Assembly (NCBI GenBank): GCA_965279665.1
Contig: OZ257256.1
Span: 1,475,871 to 1,539,870, forward strand
Direction: 5' to 3'
From: Steroidobacteraceae bacterium
GTDB lineage: Bacteria; Pseudomonadota; Gammaproteobacteria; Steroidobacterales; Steroidobacteraceae
DNA length: 64,000 bases
Below are positions 20,150 to 28,629 of the stretch, in pieces. Under the pieces are notes generated by a model, which searched no databases, was not told where the DNA came from, and worked only from the letters and a program-made list of their open reading frames with translations. Each line of letters opens with the position of its first letter. Within the stretch, counting starts at the first letter, position 1. The position numbers were made by a program, and so were the translations under genes.

Positions 20150-21330
20150 AACAGGCTGCATTCCTTGTAGGAGGCATGGGAACCCGGCTGGGCGATCTCA
20201 CGAGATCGACACCGAAGCCACTGATCGACGTCGGCGGCAGGCCTTTCATCGACTACCTCATCGACGAGGTGGCTCGACACGGTTTCTCCGAGGTCCTGCT
20301 TCTGGCAGGCTACCTCGGTGAGCAGTTCGTCGCTCACTACGACGGCATGCAGCGGCTGGGCGCCACTATTCGTGTCGTGACCGAGCTGTCCCCCCTCGGT
20401 ACGGGCGGGGCAGTACGCGGCTCTCTTCAGCGGCTCGACCGGCAGTTCCTGCTCGCCAATGGCGATACCTTTTTCGATATCAATCTTCGCGCGCTGAGCG
20501 CGCCGCCGCCAGGCTACCTTACGATGGCGCTGCGCTCTGGGGTGGAAGGGGGGCGCTATGGGCGCGTCACCGCGGACGCAGGTCGAGTTCTGGGCTTTCA
20601 CCCGCCGGTCGACAGGCAGGCCGATCCGATCAACGCGGGCATCTACATCGTTTCCCGGGAGGTCGTGGAAGCGAGACCGGAAGGGCGGTCGTCAATAGAG
20701 CAGGATTGGTTTCCGGAATTGGCGTCTGCCGGACGCATCATCGGTTGTGAATTTGCCGGTTACTTCATCGACATGGGGGTGCCAGAGGATCTTGAACGCG
20801 CGCGGAGGGAACTACCGCTCCGAACCCGCCGGCCCGCGGTGTTCCTCGATCGCGACGGGGTCATCAACGTGGACCGTGGCTACGTGCATCGGCCCGAGGA
20901 GTTCGACTGGATCGATGGAGCCCAAGCTGCGATCAGGCTGTGCAATGACCTCGGCTACTTGGTATTCGTCGTATCGAACCAGGCAGGGGTTGCGCGCGGA
21001 TTTTATGGCGAGCAGGACGTTCGCGACCTGCACCGATGGATACAAGAACAGCTCGCAGTGCATGGCGCCCATGTCGATGCCTTCGAGTTCTGCCCGCACC
21101 ACCCCGATGGACGCATCGAGCCCTATCGGCGCAACTGCAGGCGGCGGAAGCCGGGTTCGGGCATGATCCAAGACGTCCTTGAGCGATGGCCCGTCGATCC
21201 TGCGAAGAGCTTGCTCGTCGGCGACAAGGACAGCGACATGGCGGCAGCGGTCGCTGCCGGGATCCGCGGGCACCAGTTCGAGGGCGGCAATCTGCTCGAC
21301 TTCCTGGCGCCGTACCTCGCGGAACGGTGA
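20143..21330 (+). CDS. bifunctional heptose-1-phosphate nucleotidyltransferase (HddC-like) / D,D-heptose 1,7-bisphosphate phosphatase (GmhB, HAD) fusion
   Basis: The N-terminal half has 'AFLVGGMGTRLGDLTRSTPKPLIDVGGRPF' (NTP-transferase G-loop). The C-terminal half has 'VFLDRDGVIN', 'VSNQAGVARG', 'CPHHPDG', 'RRKPGSGM' and 'VGDKDSDM' (GmhB/HAD motifs I-IV). Confidence 0.85.
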   Translation: MLKQAAFLVGGMGTRLGDLTRSTPKPLIDVGGRPFIDYLIDEVARHGFSEVLLLAGYLGEQFVAHYDGMQRLGATIRVVTELSPLGTGGAVRGSLQRLDRQFLLANGDTFFDINLRALSAPPPGYLTMALRSGVEGGRYGRVTADAGRVLGFHPPVDRQADPINAGIYIVSREVVEARPEGRSSIEQDWFPELASAGRIIGCEFAGYFIDMGVPEDLERARRELPLRTRRPAVFLDRDGVINVDRGYVHRPEEFDWIDGAQAAIRLCNDLGYLVFVVSNQAGVARGFYGEQDVRDLHRWIQEQLAVHGAHVDAFEFCPHHPDGRIEPYRRNCRRRKPGSGMIQDVLERWPVDPAKSLLVGDKDSDMAAAVAAGIRGHQFEGGNLLDFLAPYLAER

Positions 21331-21336
21331 GGGCGC

Positions 21337-22167
21337 TCAGAGCACCGACCGGCCGCCGTCGATTACGATGTTCTGGCCAGTCATGTAGCTCGACGCGTCC
21401 GAGCAGAGAAACTGCACGGCAGATCGGTATTCGTCGCGCATCGCCATGCGCCCCAACGGAATCAGGTCCGACAGGCGGCTGACAAACTCCTCACCCTGCC
21501 CATTGAATACGCCACCGGGTGATAGCGCATTGACGCGGACACCGTGGCGAGCCCAATAGGTCGCGAGGTACTTCGTCAGACCGACCAGCCCGTGCTTGAT
21601 GACCGAGTAAGTCACGGGCTTAACGGGCTGAAGCATCTCGTCGTCGAGATCGTCTCGACGGTAGAGGCGCTGGTCCGGTGCGATCACGGACAGGTCCGAA
21701 GCGATGTTGAGAATCACGCCCTGTCCGCGTCGGGCCATGGATGCCCCAAACGTGCGAGCGCAGAGCATCGCGCCAGTCAGCCCGACATCGATCTCGAGGC
21801 GCCACTGGTTCAGGTCGAAGACTTCGAGTCGGGTGCCATTGGCCACCCCCGGCGTGGCAGAGACCTTGGCGTCGATGGCAGCATTGTTGACCAGGATGTC
21901 GACCCTGCCGGCCAAATCGTGCAACGCGTCTATAGAGGCCAACGAGGTGACATCGAGGCGGTGGCCTTCCACCCGATTGCTGCCGGTTTCCTCCGCGACC
22001 GCACGCGCTGCAGCCTGAGCCCTGTCTTCGGCGATGTCGGCTATCAGCACTCTGGCGCCAAGCGCGGCCAGGGCAGCCGCGTGCTGCGGGCCGAGCAGTC
22101 CAGCGCCACCGGTGACGATCGCTGTGCGGCCTGTGAGGTCGAATTTGCGGTCAGGGGCTGTCGACAT
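21337..22167 (-). CDS. SDR-family oxidoreductase (PtmA-like; paralogue of 30421-31224)
   Basis: 'GRTAIVTGGAGLLG', 'YSVIKHGLVGLTKYLA' (YxxxK). It shares 'SDLSVIAPDQRLY' with 'SIYGIVAPDQRIY' of the other copy. Confidence 0.85.
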   Translation of the reverse strand: MSTAPDRKFDLTGRTAIVTGGAGLLGPQHAAALAALGARVLIADIAEDRAQAAARAVAEETGSNRVEGHRLDVTSLASIDALHDLAGRVDILVNNAAIDAKVSATPGVANGTRLEVFDLNQWRLEIDVGLTGAMLCARTFGASMARRGQGVILNIASDLSVIAPDQRLYRRDDLDDEMLQPVKPVTYSVIKHGLVGLTKYLATYWARHGVRVNALSPGGVFNGQGEEFVSRLSDLIPLGRMAMRDEYRSAVQFLCSDASSYMTGQNIVIDGGRSVL

Positions 22168-22185
22168 GAATGCACCTCGAAGCGA

Positions 22186-22944
22186 CTAGCCTCTGATCTG
22201 CCCACCGTCAGCGACATAGATCGCACCTGTGACGAATCCCGCCCGAGCCGACGCCAGGAACGCCACGATTGCCGCGACTTCCTCCGCAGTTCCGAATCGT
22301 CCGAGTGCGACGTCCTTTTCCAGCATGCTGCGGACACCCTCCGGATCTTTGGCAACGCGCTCCTGCCAACTGCCGCCGTCGAACAAAATGTTCCCTGGCG
22401 CTATCGCATTGATCCGGATGCCTTCCTTCGCCAAAGGGCGCGCCAAGCCGCGGACCGTTGCATTGAGCGCTGCCTTCGCTGCGGAGTAGGTCACCGGCGC
22501 GCCCAGCGCCTCGATACCGCAGATCGAGGATATGCAGACGATAGAGCCGCCACCAGTTGCACGCATCGCCGGTCTGACGGCCGCGATGACGTGCGTCGCC
22601 GACAGTAGATTGATGTCCAGCACGCGCTGCCACTCATTCGCGTCTTCCTCTCCAGGGGGTACCGACCTGCCACTGCCGACGTTGCAGACGGCGATGTCGA
22701 TGCGCCCCCAGCGATCCTCGGCCTCGCGGACGAAACGCGCAGCCTGCTGACGGTCTGTGGTGTCGCATCGGTGCGTTGACGCCGCCGCGCCAATTTGCGC
22801 TTGCGCTACCTCAAGTTGCTCGAGTGTACGAGCGGCGATGGCGACACTCGCGCCTTCAGCCACGAAGGCCCGCGCGATCGCTAGTCCGATGCCACGGCTC
22901 CCGCCTGCGACGATCGCCACCTTGCCTACGAGTTCGAGATTCAT
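22186..22944 (-). CDS. SDR-family oxidoreductase (FabG-like)
   Basis: 'GKVAIVAGGSRGIGLAIA', 'NVGSG' and 'YSAAKAALNATVRGLA'. Confidence 0.85.
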   Translation of the reverse strand: MNLELVGKVAIVAGGSRGIGLAIARAFVAEGASVAIAARTLEQLEVAQAQIGAAASTHRCDTTDRQQAARFVREAEDRWGRIDIAVCNVGSGRSVPPGEEDANEWQRVLDINLLSATHVIAAVRPAMRATGGGSIVCISSICGIEALGAPVTYSAAKAALNATVRGLARPLAKEGIRINAIAPGNILFDGGSWQERVAKDPEGVRSMLEKDVALGRFGTAEEVAAIVAFLASARAGFVTGAIYVADGGQIRG

Positions 22945-23789
22945 AATCGCCGCGCTGCCAGCCAGCCTGCCGTCATCGCTGCATACCCAGCGAGTACGCC
23001 CGCGTGATCACCGTCAGTCGCCCTCGCGGTCTGAAGGATAAAGCGTCCTTCAAACCTGGAGTCGCGGAGCAGCGCGAACGCTCGAGGCAGGTCGGCATTG
23101 CCAGTACCAAGCGGCACCGTGGTGCCACCGAGTACTCGGTCCTTGACATGGACGTTCCGGATGCGAGGTCCATATGCGGAGATCTCCTCGCCGCAGTCGA
23201 AACCCAATGCCGCACTGTTGCCGATATCGTAATTCACACCGAAGCAGTCGACGGGTAGTTGCTCGATGAATCGAGCGAGTTCCTGGGGTCCGTAGTCGCA
23301 CTCAAACGCGACGACAAGTCCGTCGCGCCTGAGGCGATCGGCGCGCGAGCCGAATTCGTTGGCCACCACCTGCTCATGATCGGAACTCGCCATGGCGCCA
23401 GCATCGACGAGAGGTACGACGACGATGCCGATGCCGGCCGCGGCACAGGCATCGAGGACGAGATCGAGCTCTGCGAGCCGCGTGGCACGCTCGGAGCCCG
23501 CGGTTCGCCAGAAGGGGGCCTGCATGAAGATGTCGCCGGTCAATGAGACCGGGCGCACGCCGTGTCGGCGAGTGAGCTCTGCGATCTCGCGCTGGCCCGC
23601 ATCCGTCAGCAAAGGGTTCTCGCGAAACCTCTCATGATCGAGAGTCCACTCGAGCATGCCGAGCCCGAGTGCCTCTGCAGCCGGGAACTCGTCGCGCCAG
23701 TGCGTCCAGGGAAACGCCTGGATGCGCCCGTCGACCAGCGGCGAGAGCCTGCCCTGCATGAAGCCGATTCGGTTGAGACTGCTCATCAC
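22941..23789 (-). CDS. sugar-phosphate isomerase/epimerase (xylose-isomerase-like TIM barrel, UlaE/SgbU-like)
   Basis: 'RIGFMQGRLSP...W..EF..A..LGLGMLEW', 'VAFECDY', 'VNYDIGNS' and 'VHVKDR' are typical of the AP_endonuc_2/TIM-barrel family. Confidence 0.7.
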   Translation of the reverse strand: MMSSLNRIGFMQGRLSPLVDGRIQAFPWTHWRDEFPAAEALGLGMLEWTLDHERFRENPLLTDAGQREIAELTRRHGVRPVSLTGDIFMQAPFWRTAGSERATRLAELDLVLDACAAAGIGIVVVPLVDAGAMASSDHEQVVANEFGSRADRLRRDGLVVAFECDYGPQELARFIEQLPVDCFGVNYDIGNSAALGFDCGEEISAYGPRIRNVHVKDRVLGGTTVPLGTGNADLPRAFALLRDSRFEGRFILQTARATDGDHAGVLAGYAAMTAGWLAARRL

Positions 23790-24556
23790 TGATCCACGGC
23801 GACCAAGCCATTCGCCGTCCAGCCGCCATCAATGAAGATTTCCTGGCCTGTCATGTATGCCGACGCGTCCGAGGCTAGGAAGACCGCTGCACCGGCGATG
23901 TCCTCCGGGTCGCCCCAGCGTCCCAGCAGGGTATGGCTCTGACGTTGCCGGTTCAGCGCAGGATCGTTGAAGCTCCTGTCCGTCATCGCCGTGTGCACAT
24001 AGCCTGGCGCCAGGCTGTTCACCCTGATGCGCTCACCTCCGAGGTCGACCGCGAGAGCGCGAGTGAGGCCTGCGAGTCCCGACTTCGCGGCCACGTAGCC
24101 CGGATTCCCGGGGAATCCCAGCCTCGAATTGATGCTGGTGATGTTGATGATGCTTGCTGCCTTCGAGCGGCGCAGCGCAGGTAGCAGTGCGAGTACCAGT
24201 CGATACGGTGCGATGAGGTCGACCTCGAGAGTCGTGCGCATGCGCTCGATCTCCCTCTCGGCATCCTGTGCGGGCGGCAGGCTGATCGCCGCGGCGTTAA
24301 CGAGGATATCGAGGCGACCCGATGACGAGTCGATCACGCGGCGCACGGCTTGCGGAGCGTCCGCGCTCCCGACGTCCAGCGAAAGGTGCCGAAGCCGCGA
24401 GGTATCGTGGCCGCCGCTGCGGCTGATCGCCAGCACGTCGGCTCCAGCGTTACAGAGGGCGAGCGCGATGGCCGCGCCTATGCCGCGAGAGGCGCCGGTG
24501 ACGACGGCTTGGCGGCCCTCAAGCGGCGGGCACATGGTCCGGTGCAAGTCAGACAT
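23786..24556 (-). CDS. SDR-family oxidoreductase
   Basis: 'GRQAVVTGASRGIGAAIA', 'NAAA' and 'YVAAKSGLAGLTRALA'. Confidence 0.85.
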   Translation of the reverse strand: MSDLHRTMCPPLEGRQAVVTGASRGIGAAIALALCNAGADVLAISRSGGHDTSRLRHLSLDVGSADAPQAVRRVIDSSSGRLDILVNAAAISLPPAQDAEREIERMRTTLEVDLIAPYRLVLALLPALRRSKAASIINITSINSRLGFPGNPGYVAAKSGLAGLTRALAVDLGGERIRVNSLAPGYVHTAMTDRSFNDPALNRQRQSHTLLGRWGDPEDIAGAAVFLASDASAYMTGQEIFIDGGWTANGLVAVDQ

Positions 24557-25250
24557 AGCCGTAACCGCGCATGATGGCCTCGCACAGCCGGATGTCTTCC
24601 GGCCGGTCGATCTGGAACATCTTATGGCGTTCCATCACGGACATGCCGATACGCCCGCCCAGCCGATTCATGGTCTGCCGGAGTTGGGACGGGCGAAACA
24701 CATAGAATGAACCATTCTCCAAGTAGCGCTTCTCGATCTCCTGGCGGCGGCGCCTGTTCCGCCAGTCGTAGTTGACGGACTCGGCGAGACCATCCGCGCT
24801 GACACGCCAGTTGAAGAAGTCCTCCACCTCGCAGACGGTCAGGACGCTGTCCAGCTTTTCCGTCGCCAGAAGCGAGATCGCTTGATCAATGTCCGATGGC
24901 TCGCGGATCGGCGACGTCGCCTGCATCGCGACCACGAGGTCGAACGTCCCGGACTGTCGTTCCCGCGCGTCGAGGGCGTGCAGCCAAGCCGACTCGGAAC
25001 TGGCAGTGTCGCCGGCGATGTCCGGTGGCCGCGGCACTGCCACTGCGCCGAAGGCCTGAGCAGTAGCGAGTATTTCGTCACTGTCGCTCGATACCGCGAC
25101 TTCGGCGATTGCGGCAGACGCGCGCGCCTGCTCGATAGACCAGGCCAGCAGCGGTTTGCCGCAAAGGTCGATGAGGTTCTTGCGGGGGATGCCCTTTGAG
25201 CCTCCGCGGGCTGCAATTACAGCAAGGATGCGCGGGCGCGAATCCTTCAA
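24549..25250 (-). CDS. acylneuraminate (CMP-ulosonic acid) cytidylyltransferase family, copy 1
   Basis: 'ILAVIAARGGSKGIPRKNLIDLCGKPLLAWSI' P-loop-like CTP-binding motif, 'MQATSPIR' and 'NGSFYVF'. Confidence 0.88.
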   Translation of the reverse strand: MKDSRPRILAVIAARGGSKGIPRKNLIDLCGKPLLAWSIEQARASAAIAEVAVSSDSDEILATAQAFGAVAVPRPPDIAGDTASSESAWLHALDARERQSGTFDLVVAMQATSPIREPSDIDQAISLLATEKLDSVLTVCEVEDFFNWRVSADGLAESVNYDWRNRRRRQEIEKRYLENGSFYVFRPSQLRQTMNRLGGRIGMSVMERHKMFQIDRPEDIRLCEAIMRGYGYV

Positions 25251-27169
25251 AGGTATGGCTCCAGCTTGTCGAGCGCCACCCAGAAGCCTTCGCCCAGGTT
25301 CTTGTGCCCCTGCCAGATCTCGGGAATGAAGCTCGCGTGCGGTGCATGGACTTGCATCGTCTCGCCGAGTGCCCGGAAGTCGATCTCACCGTCTCCAACC
25401 TGCAGGCCTTCGCCGTCCACGCCGCGCGCGTCGCCAAGATGATAGTGCGCCGTGTAGGGTCCGAGCGCCGCAATTCCCTGCAGGAAGTCGAATCCGAAGT
25501 GATTGGCCGCAAGCCGGGTATGGGACACATCGACGCACATTCGCAGACTGAGCTCCTCACAAACGTGAGCGGACTCTTCCGGGAGAATGAAGATGTTCTG
25601 GTGCCGCTGCCCCCCAAAATGCCACGGGAAAGGGGCCATCGTCTGCGGTATGAGTTCTACGCCATCGAGGTCAAGCTCGCGAAGGCTGCGAGCGAAGGTC
25701 TCGTACAGGCGGGGCTTCTCGGACCCTGCCAACGGCACGTCGGTAGAGAACCCACCGACGTTTGCCACGATCGGTGGTCGCTCGGTGCCGGGAAAGTAGG
25801 GCTTCAGCGCGCGCGTGATGTCGATGACGCGCTGGGTTTCGCGGATCGAGAACTGACGGTATTCCTCGTCGGCGGAAGCGAGGTCCATCAGTCTGCTCCC
25901 TGAAAACAGTTCCGGCGCGTGTACGACGAATCCTACCGAGTAGGTACCGGAGAAGTACGACGCCGGATCGCGGTCCATGTCCTGATAGCTCAGATGGAAC
26001 TCGATGACGTCGGGCTCGGACCGTGCGATAAATGCGAGGGCATCGTGGTACCGGACCGGCACGCCCCATGGACGCTTGAACCGGTAGCGGCGCAGCGCGC
26101 TGGCGTCGTCCGCGAGATCGGATGCGAAGAAGTAGTCGTCTGCACCCACTTTTCGGTGCAGACGGCGGCCTATGAGGCCCGGCAGGTTGATCGGTGAGAG
26201 TCCTTGGCCCGGGCTTCTGACAATAACGTCGGATTCCTCGACGAGATGACCGGCGGCCAGGTCGCGCGAAGCGACTAGGCTCTTCGCGAGATTCTCTCGA
26301 TTGATCAGTTCTCCCTGACTGAGCGGCCGTTCGCCGTCGACGCTGGCGACCCCCATGGCGCTCTCCACTTCTCGAATGCCAGTGACCAGCGACGCGAACT
26401 CCCCTGGCTCTAGGCTCGCGGCATGGTCAGGACCTTCCATAGTTCGGTCGAGCGTGATGTGCCGTTCTACGATGCAGGCGCCGAGTGCGACGGCGGCCAA
26501 GGTCACCGCGGTACCGCGCTCGTGACCCGAGTAGCCGATGACCGGATGCAGTTCGCGGAGCGTCTCCATGAAGCGCAGGTTGATGTTGTGGAATGCCGCC
26601 GGGTACGTGCTCTGGCAGTGCAGGAGCGCGAATGCCGCCGAGCGGGCACCGAGAAAGTTGACCACCGCCGTGATCTCGGCAAGACGGCTCATCCCGGTCG
26701 AAAGAACGAAAGGCTTGCCCGTGGCTGCGATCGCCCCGAGAAGAGGCAGATTCGTCAGGTCCGCTGATGCGACCTTGTAGGCCGGGACGTCGAAGGATTC
26801 TAGCGCTCGCAGGCTCGAGACGTCCCAAGGCGTGCACAGATATGCGATGCCGCGCTGGGAGCAGTATTCTTTGAGTCTCCGATGCTTTTCCGGAGGCAGT
26901 TCGAACCTGCGCAGCAGGTCGAGCGTGTACTCGACCGAGAGATCGTCCTCACTTCCGGCGAGGCTACGCGCTCGGTAGACTTCCTCGAGCTTGCGCATCT
27001 GGAATTTCGCGCAATCTGCCCGTGCGTCGACTGCAGCATCGATAAGAGAGATGGCCCGATCGAAGTCGCCGTTGTGGTTGTTGCCGACCTCTGCGATGAC
27101 AAAGCACGCTTCGCCAGGGCCGACACTCCGGTCGGCAATCCGCAGTTTGTTCGAAGGAAACTGGGTCAT
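25247..27169 (-). CDS. NeuB-family PEP-condensing ulosonic-acid synthase (NeuB + SAF) fused to a C-terminal xylose-isomerase-like TIM-barrel domain
   Basis: Starts at ATG 27169 ('MTQFPSNK'). The ORF-track extension to 27514 overlaps the upstream gene. NeuB motifs 'FVIAEVGNNHNGD', 'ADCAKFQ', 'YKVASADLTN', 'STGMS', 'LLHCQSTYP' and 'GYSGHE'. SAF-like 'LVASRDLAAGHLVEESDVIVRSPGQG'. A further ~290 aa follows ('IEFHLSY', 'VVHAPE', 'VANVGG', 'CVDVSHT', 'HYHLGD'). Confidence 0.85.
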   Translation of the reverse strand: MTQFPSNKLRIADRSVGPGEACFVIAEVGNNHNGDFDRAISLIDAAVDARADCAKFQMRKLEEVYRARSLAGSEDDLSVEYTLDLLRRFELPPEKHRRLKEYCSQRGIAYLCTPWDVSSLRALESFDVPAYKVASADLTNLPLLGAIAATGKPFVLSTGMSRLAEITAVVNFLGARSAAFALLHCQSTYPAAFHNINLRFMETLRELHPVIGYSGHERGTAVTLAAVALGACIVERHITLDRTMEGPDHAASLEPGEFASLVTGIREVESAMGVASVDGERPLSQGELINRENLAKSLVASRDLAAGHLVEESDVIVRSPGQGLSPINLPGLIGRRLHRKVGADDYFFASDLADDASALRRYRFKRPWGVPVRYHDALAFIARSEPDVIEFHLSYQDMDRDPASYFSGTYSVGFVVHAPELFSGSRLMDLASADEEYRQFSIRETQRVIDITRALKPYFPGTERPPIVANVGGFSTDVPLAGSEKPRLYETFARSLRELDLDGVELIPQTMAPFPWHFGGQRHQNIFILPEESAHVCEELSLRMCVDVSHTRLAANHFGFDFLQGIAALGPYTAHYHLGDARGVDGEGLQVGDGEIDFRALGETMQVHAPHASFIPEIWQGHKNLGEGFWVALDKLEPYL

Positions 27170-27180
27170 CCGGTCACCCG

Positions 27181-28629
27181 CTAGGCGATGGCATCGGCGC
27201 GGCCCGCACTCGTGCCCGCCCCAGCAATGTTGCCAAGCACGGGGGTCGCCGCCGCGGGTAATTCGGACAGCCGGGTGCGCCACGAACGCAGACCGCCGTC
27301 CTCGAACATCACCCTCTCGCAACGGTAGCCGCGACTCGACATGACGTCGAGGACCCGACACTGCTGGAACGGCGGCACGAAGAACATGAAGAACCCGCCG
27401 CCGCCGGCGCCGAGAATCTTGCCGCCGAGGGCGCCCTGGGCGATCGCGGTGTCGTAGATCCCGTCCAGTTCGCCATCGCTGATCATCGGGCTGTCCTGAC
27501 GCTTCAGGACCCATGCCTCATGCAGCAGGCGTCCATAACCGTAGACGTCGCCACGCAGCAGACGACGCTTCATTTCAAGAGTGAGTTCCTTGGTACGGCC
27601 GCGCGACGCAGCCGACTTGGCTCCTGGCGAGAGTAGTCTTGCGCGCTGATCCCGGTGAATGGCACCCGAGTCGTGCTTGCGGCCCGTGTAGCAGAGTAGC
27701 AGGGTCTCTTCGAGTTCCGAGATGGTCTTGGGTTCGAGACGCAGAGGAAAGATCACGTTGTGGTCCGCGGTGAATTCCATGAAGTTGAATCCGCCGAACA
27801 CCGCTGCATATTGATCCTGCCATCCGCCCGGAATGTTTAGGATCAGGCGCTCGGCCTGGAATGCCATTTCCGAGATCTGGTGCTTATCCCAGGGATCCGA
27901 CCGGAATTCGTTGAAGCAACCGATAACAGCCGCAGCGACAGAAGCGGATCCACCAAGCCCGGAACCAACTGGATAGTCAGCCGCCACTTCGATCTCGAAG
28001 CCAAAACCAGGCTGGATCATTTGAATCACCGAAACGATGAGGTCCAGTTCCCCGTTTAGCTCGAGGTCCGCTGGCGAGACCGCTTCGACCGTTCGCTTTA
28101 GGTCGTGAGAGTAGATTCGCACGCGCGAGTCGGTGCGGCGGCGCAGCGTGGCATGGGCATACTTGCGAATTGCGGCATTCATAACCACGCCGCCCTGATC
28201 GACGAAATAGTGTGTCAGGTCGGTTCCGCCGCCGCCGAAGGTGATACGCGCCGGCGCCCTGGCGCGCGCGAAAACTTCCTCCTCGGCGTCCGGACGGAAG
28301 TCGCTGCGGCTGCATAGATCAACGAGGCGGCGCTGGGTGTCCAAGATCGGTACGTGGTGCACGCGGTGGTCCAGCAGTTTCAGTATTTGTTCCCGCGCGG
28401 TGCCAGCAGCGGCCCAGATGAACTCCTGATTCATGAATGCTGCGAGGCTCGCTCCGAGGTCGTTGTCCGTGAGCAGCCGACGGCGAATGTCACCGTCGGT
28501 GATACAACCGACGATGCGGGCGTCGCTGTCGGTCGCGAACAAAATTCCCAGCTGGTTTGCGTTGAGTTGACGAAACGCCTCCTGGATCGTCGCTGCCGCA
28601 GGAATGCACACACTTCTCAACTTCGACAT
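27181..28629 (-). CDS. CBS-pair domain fused to a GHMP sugar kinase (HddA / heptose-7-phosphate kinase-like)
   Basis: The N-terminal ~115 aa form a CBS pair ('ARIVGCITDGDIRRRLL', 'HHVPILDTQRRLVDLCSRSDF'). The kinase part has 'RAPARITFGGGGTDLTHYF', 'DYPVGSGLGGSASVAAAVIG' (GHMP motif II) and 'GGKILGAGGGGFFMFF' (motif III). Confidence 0.85.
   Translation of the reverse strand: MSKLRSVCIPAAATIQEAFRQLNANQLGILFATDSDARIVGCITDGDIRRRLLTDNDLGASLAAFMNQEFIWAAAGTAREQILKLLDHRVHHVPILDTQRRLVDLCSRSDFRPDAEEEVFARARAPARITFGGGGTDLTHYFVDQGGVVMNAAIRKYAHATLRRRTDSRVRIYSHDLKRTVEAVSPADLELNGELDLIVSVIQMIQPGFGFEIEVAADYPVGSGLGGSASVAAAVIGCFNEFRSDPWDKHQISEMAFQAERLILNIPGGWQDQYAAVFGGFNFMEFTADHNVIFPLRLEPKTISELEETLLLCYTGRKHDSGAIHRDQRARLLSPGAKSAASRGRTKELTLEMKRRLLRGDVYGYGRLLHEAWVLKRQDSPMISDGELDGIYDTAIAQGALGGKILGAGGGGFFMFFVPPFQQCRVLDVMSSRGYRCERVMFEDGGLRSWRTRLSELPAAATPVLGNIAGAGTSAGRADAIA

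Noticed and set aside
25247-27514. ORF-track N-terminal extensions at 25247-27514, 7847, 30804, 33794, 40169, 60011, 61983 and 62672
   Set aside because: Each extension overlaps the preceding gene out of frame and is Arg-rich. An internal start with an SD and/or stop-start overlap reproduces the canonical N-terminus of the family, so the shorter models were used.
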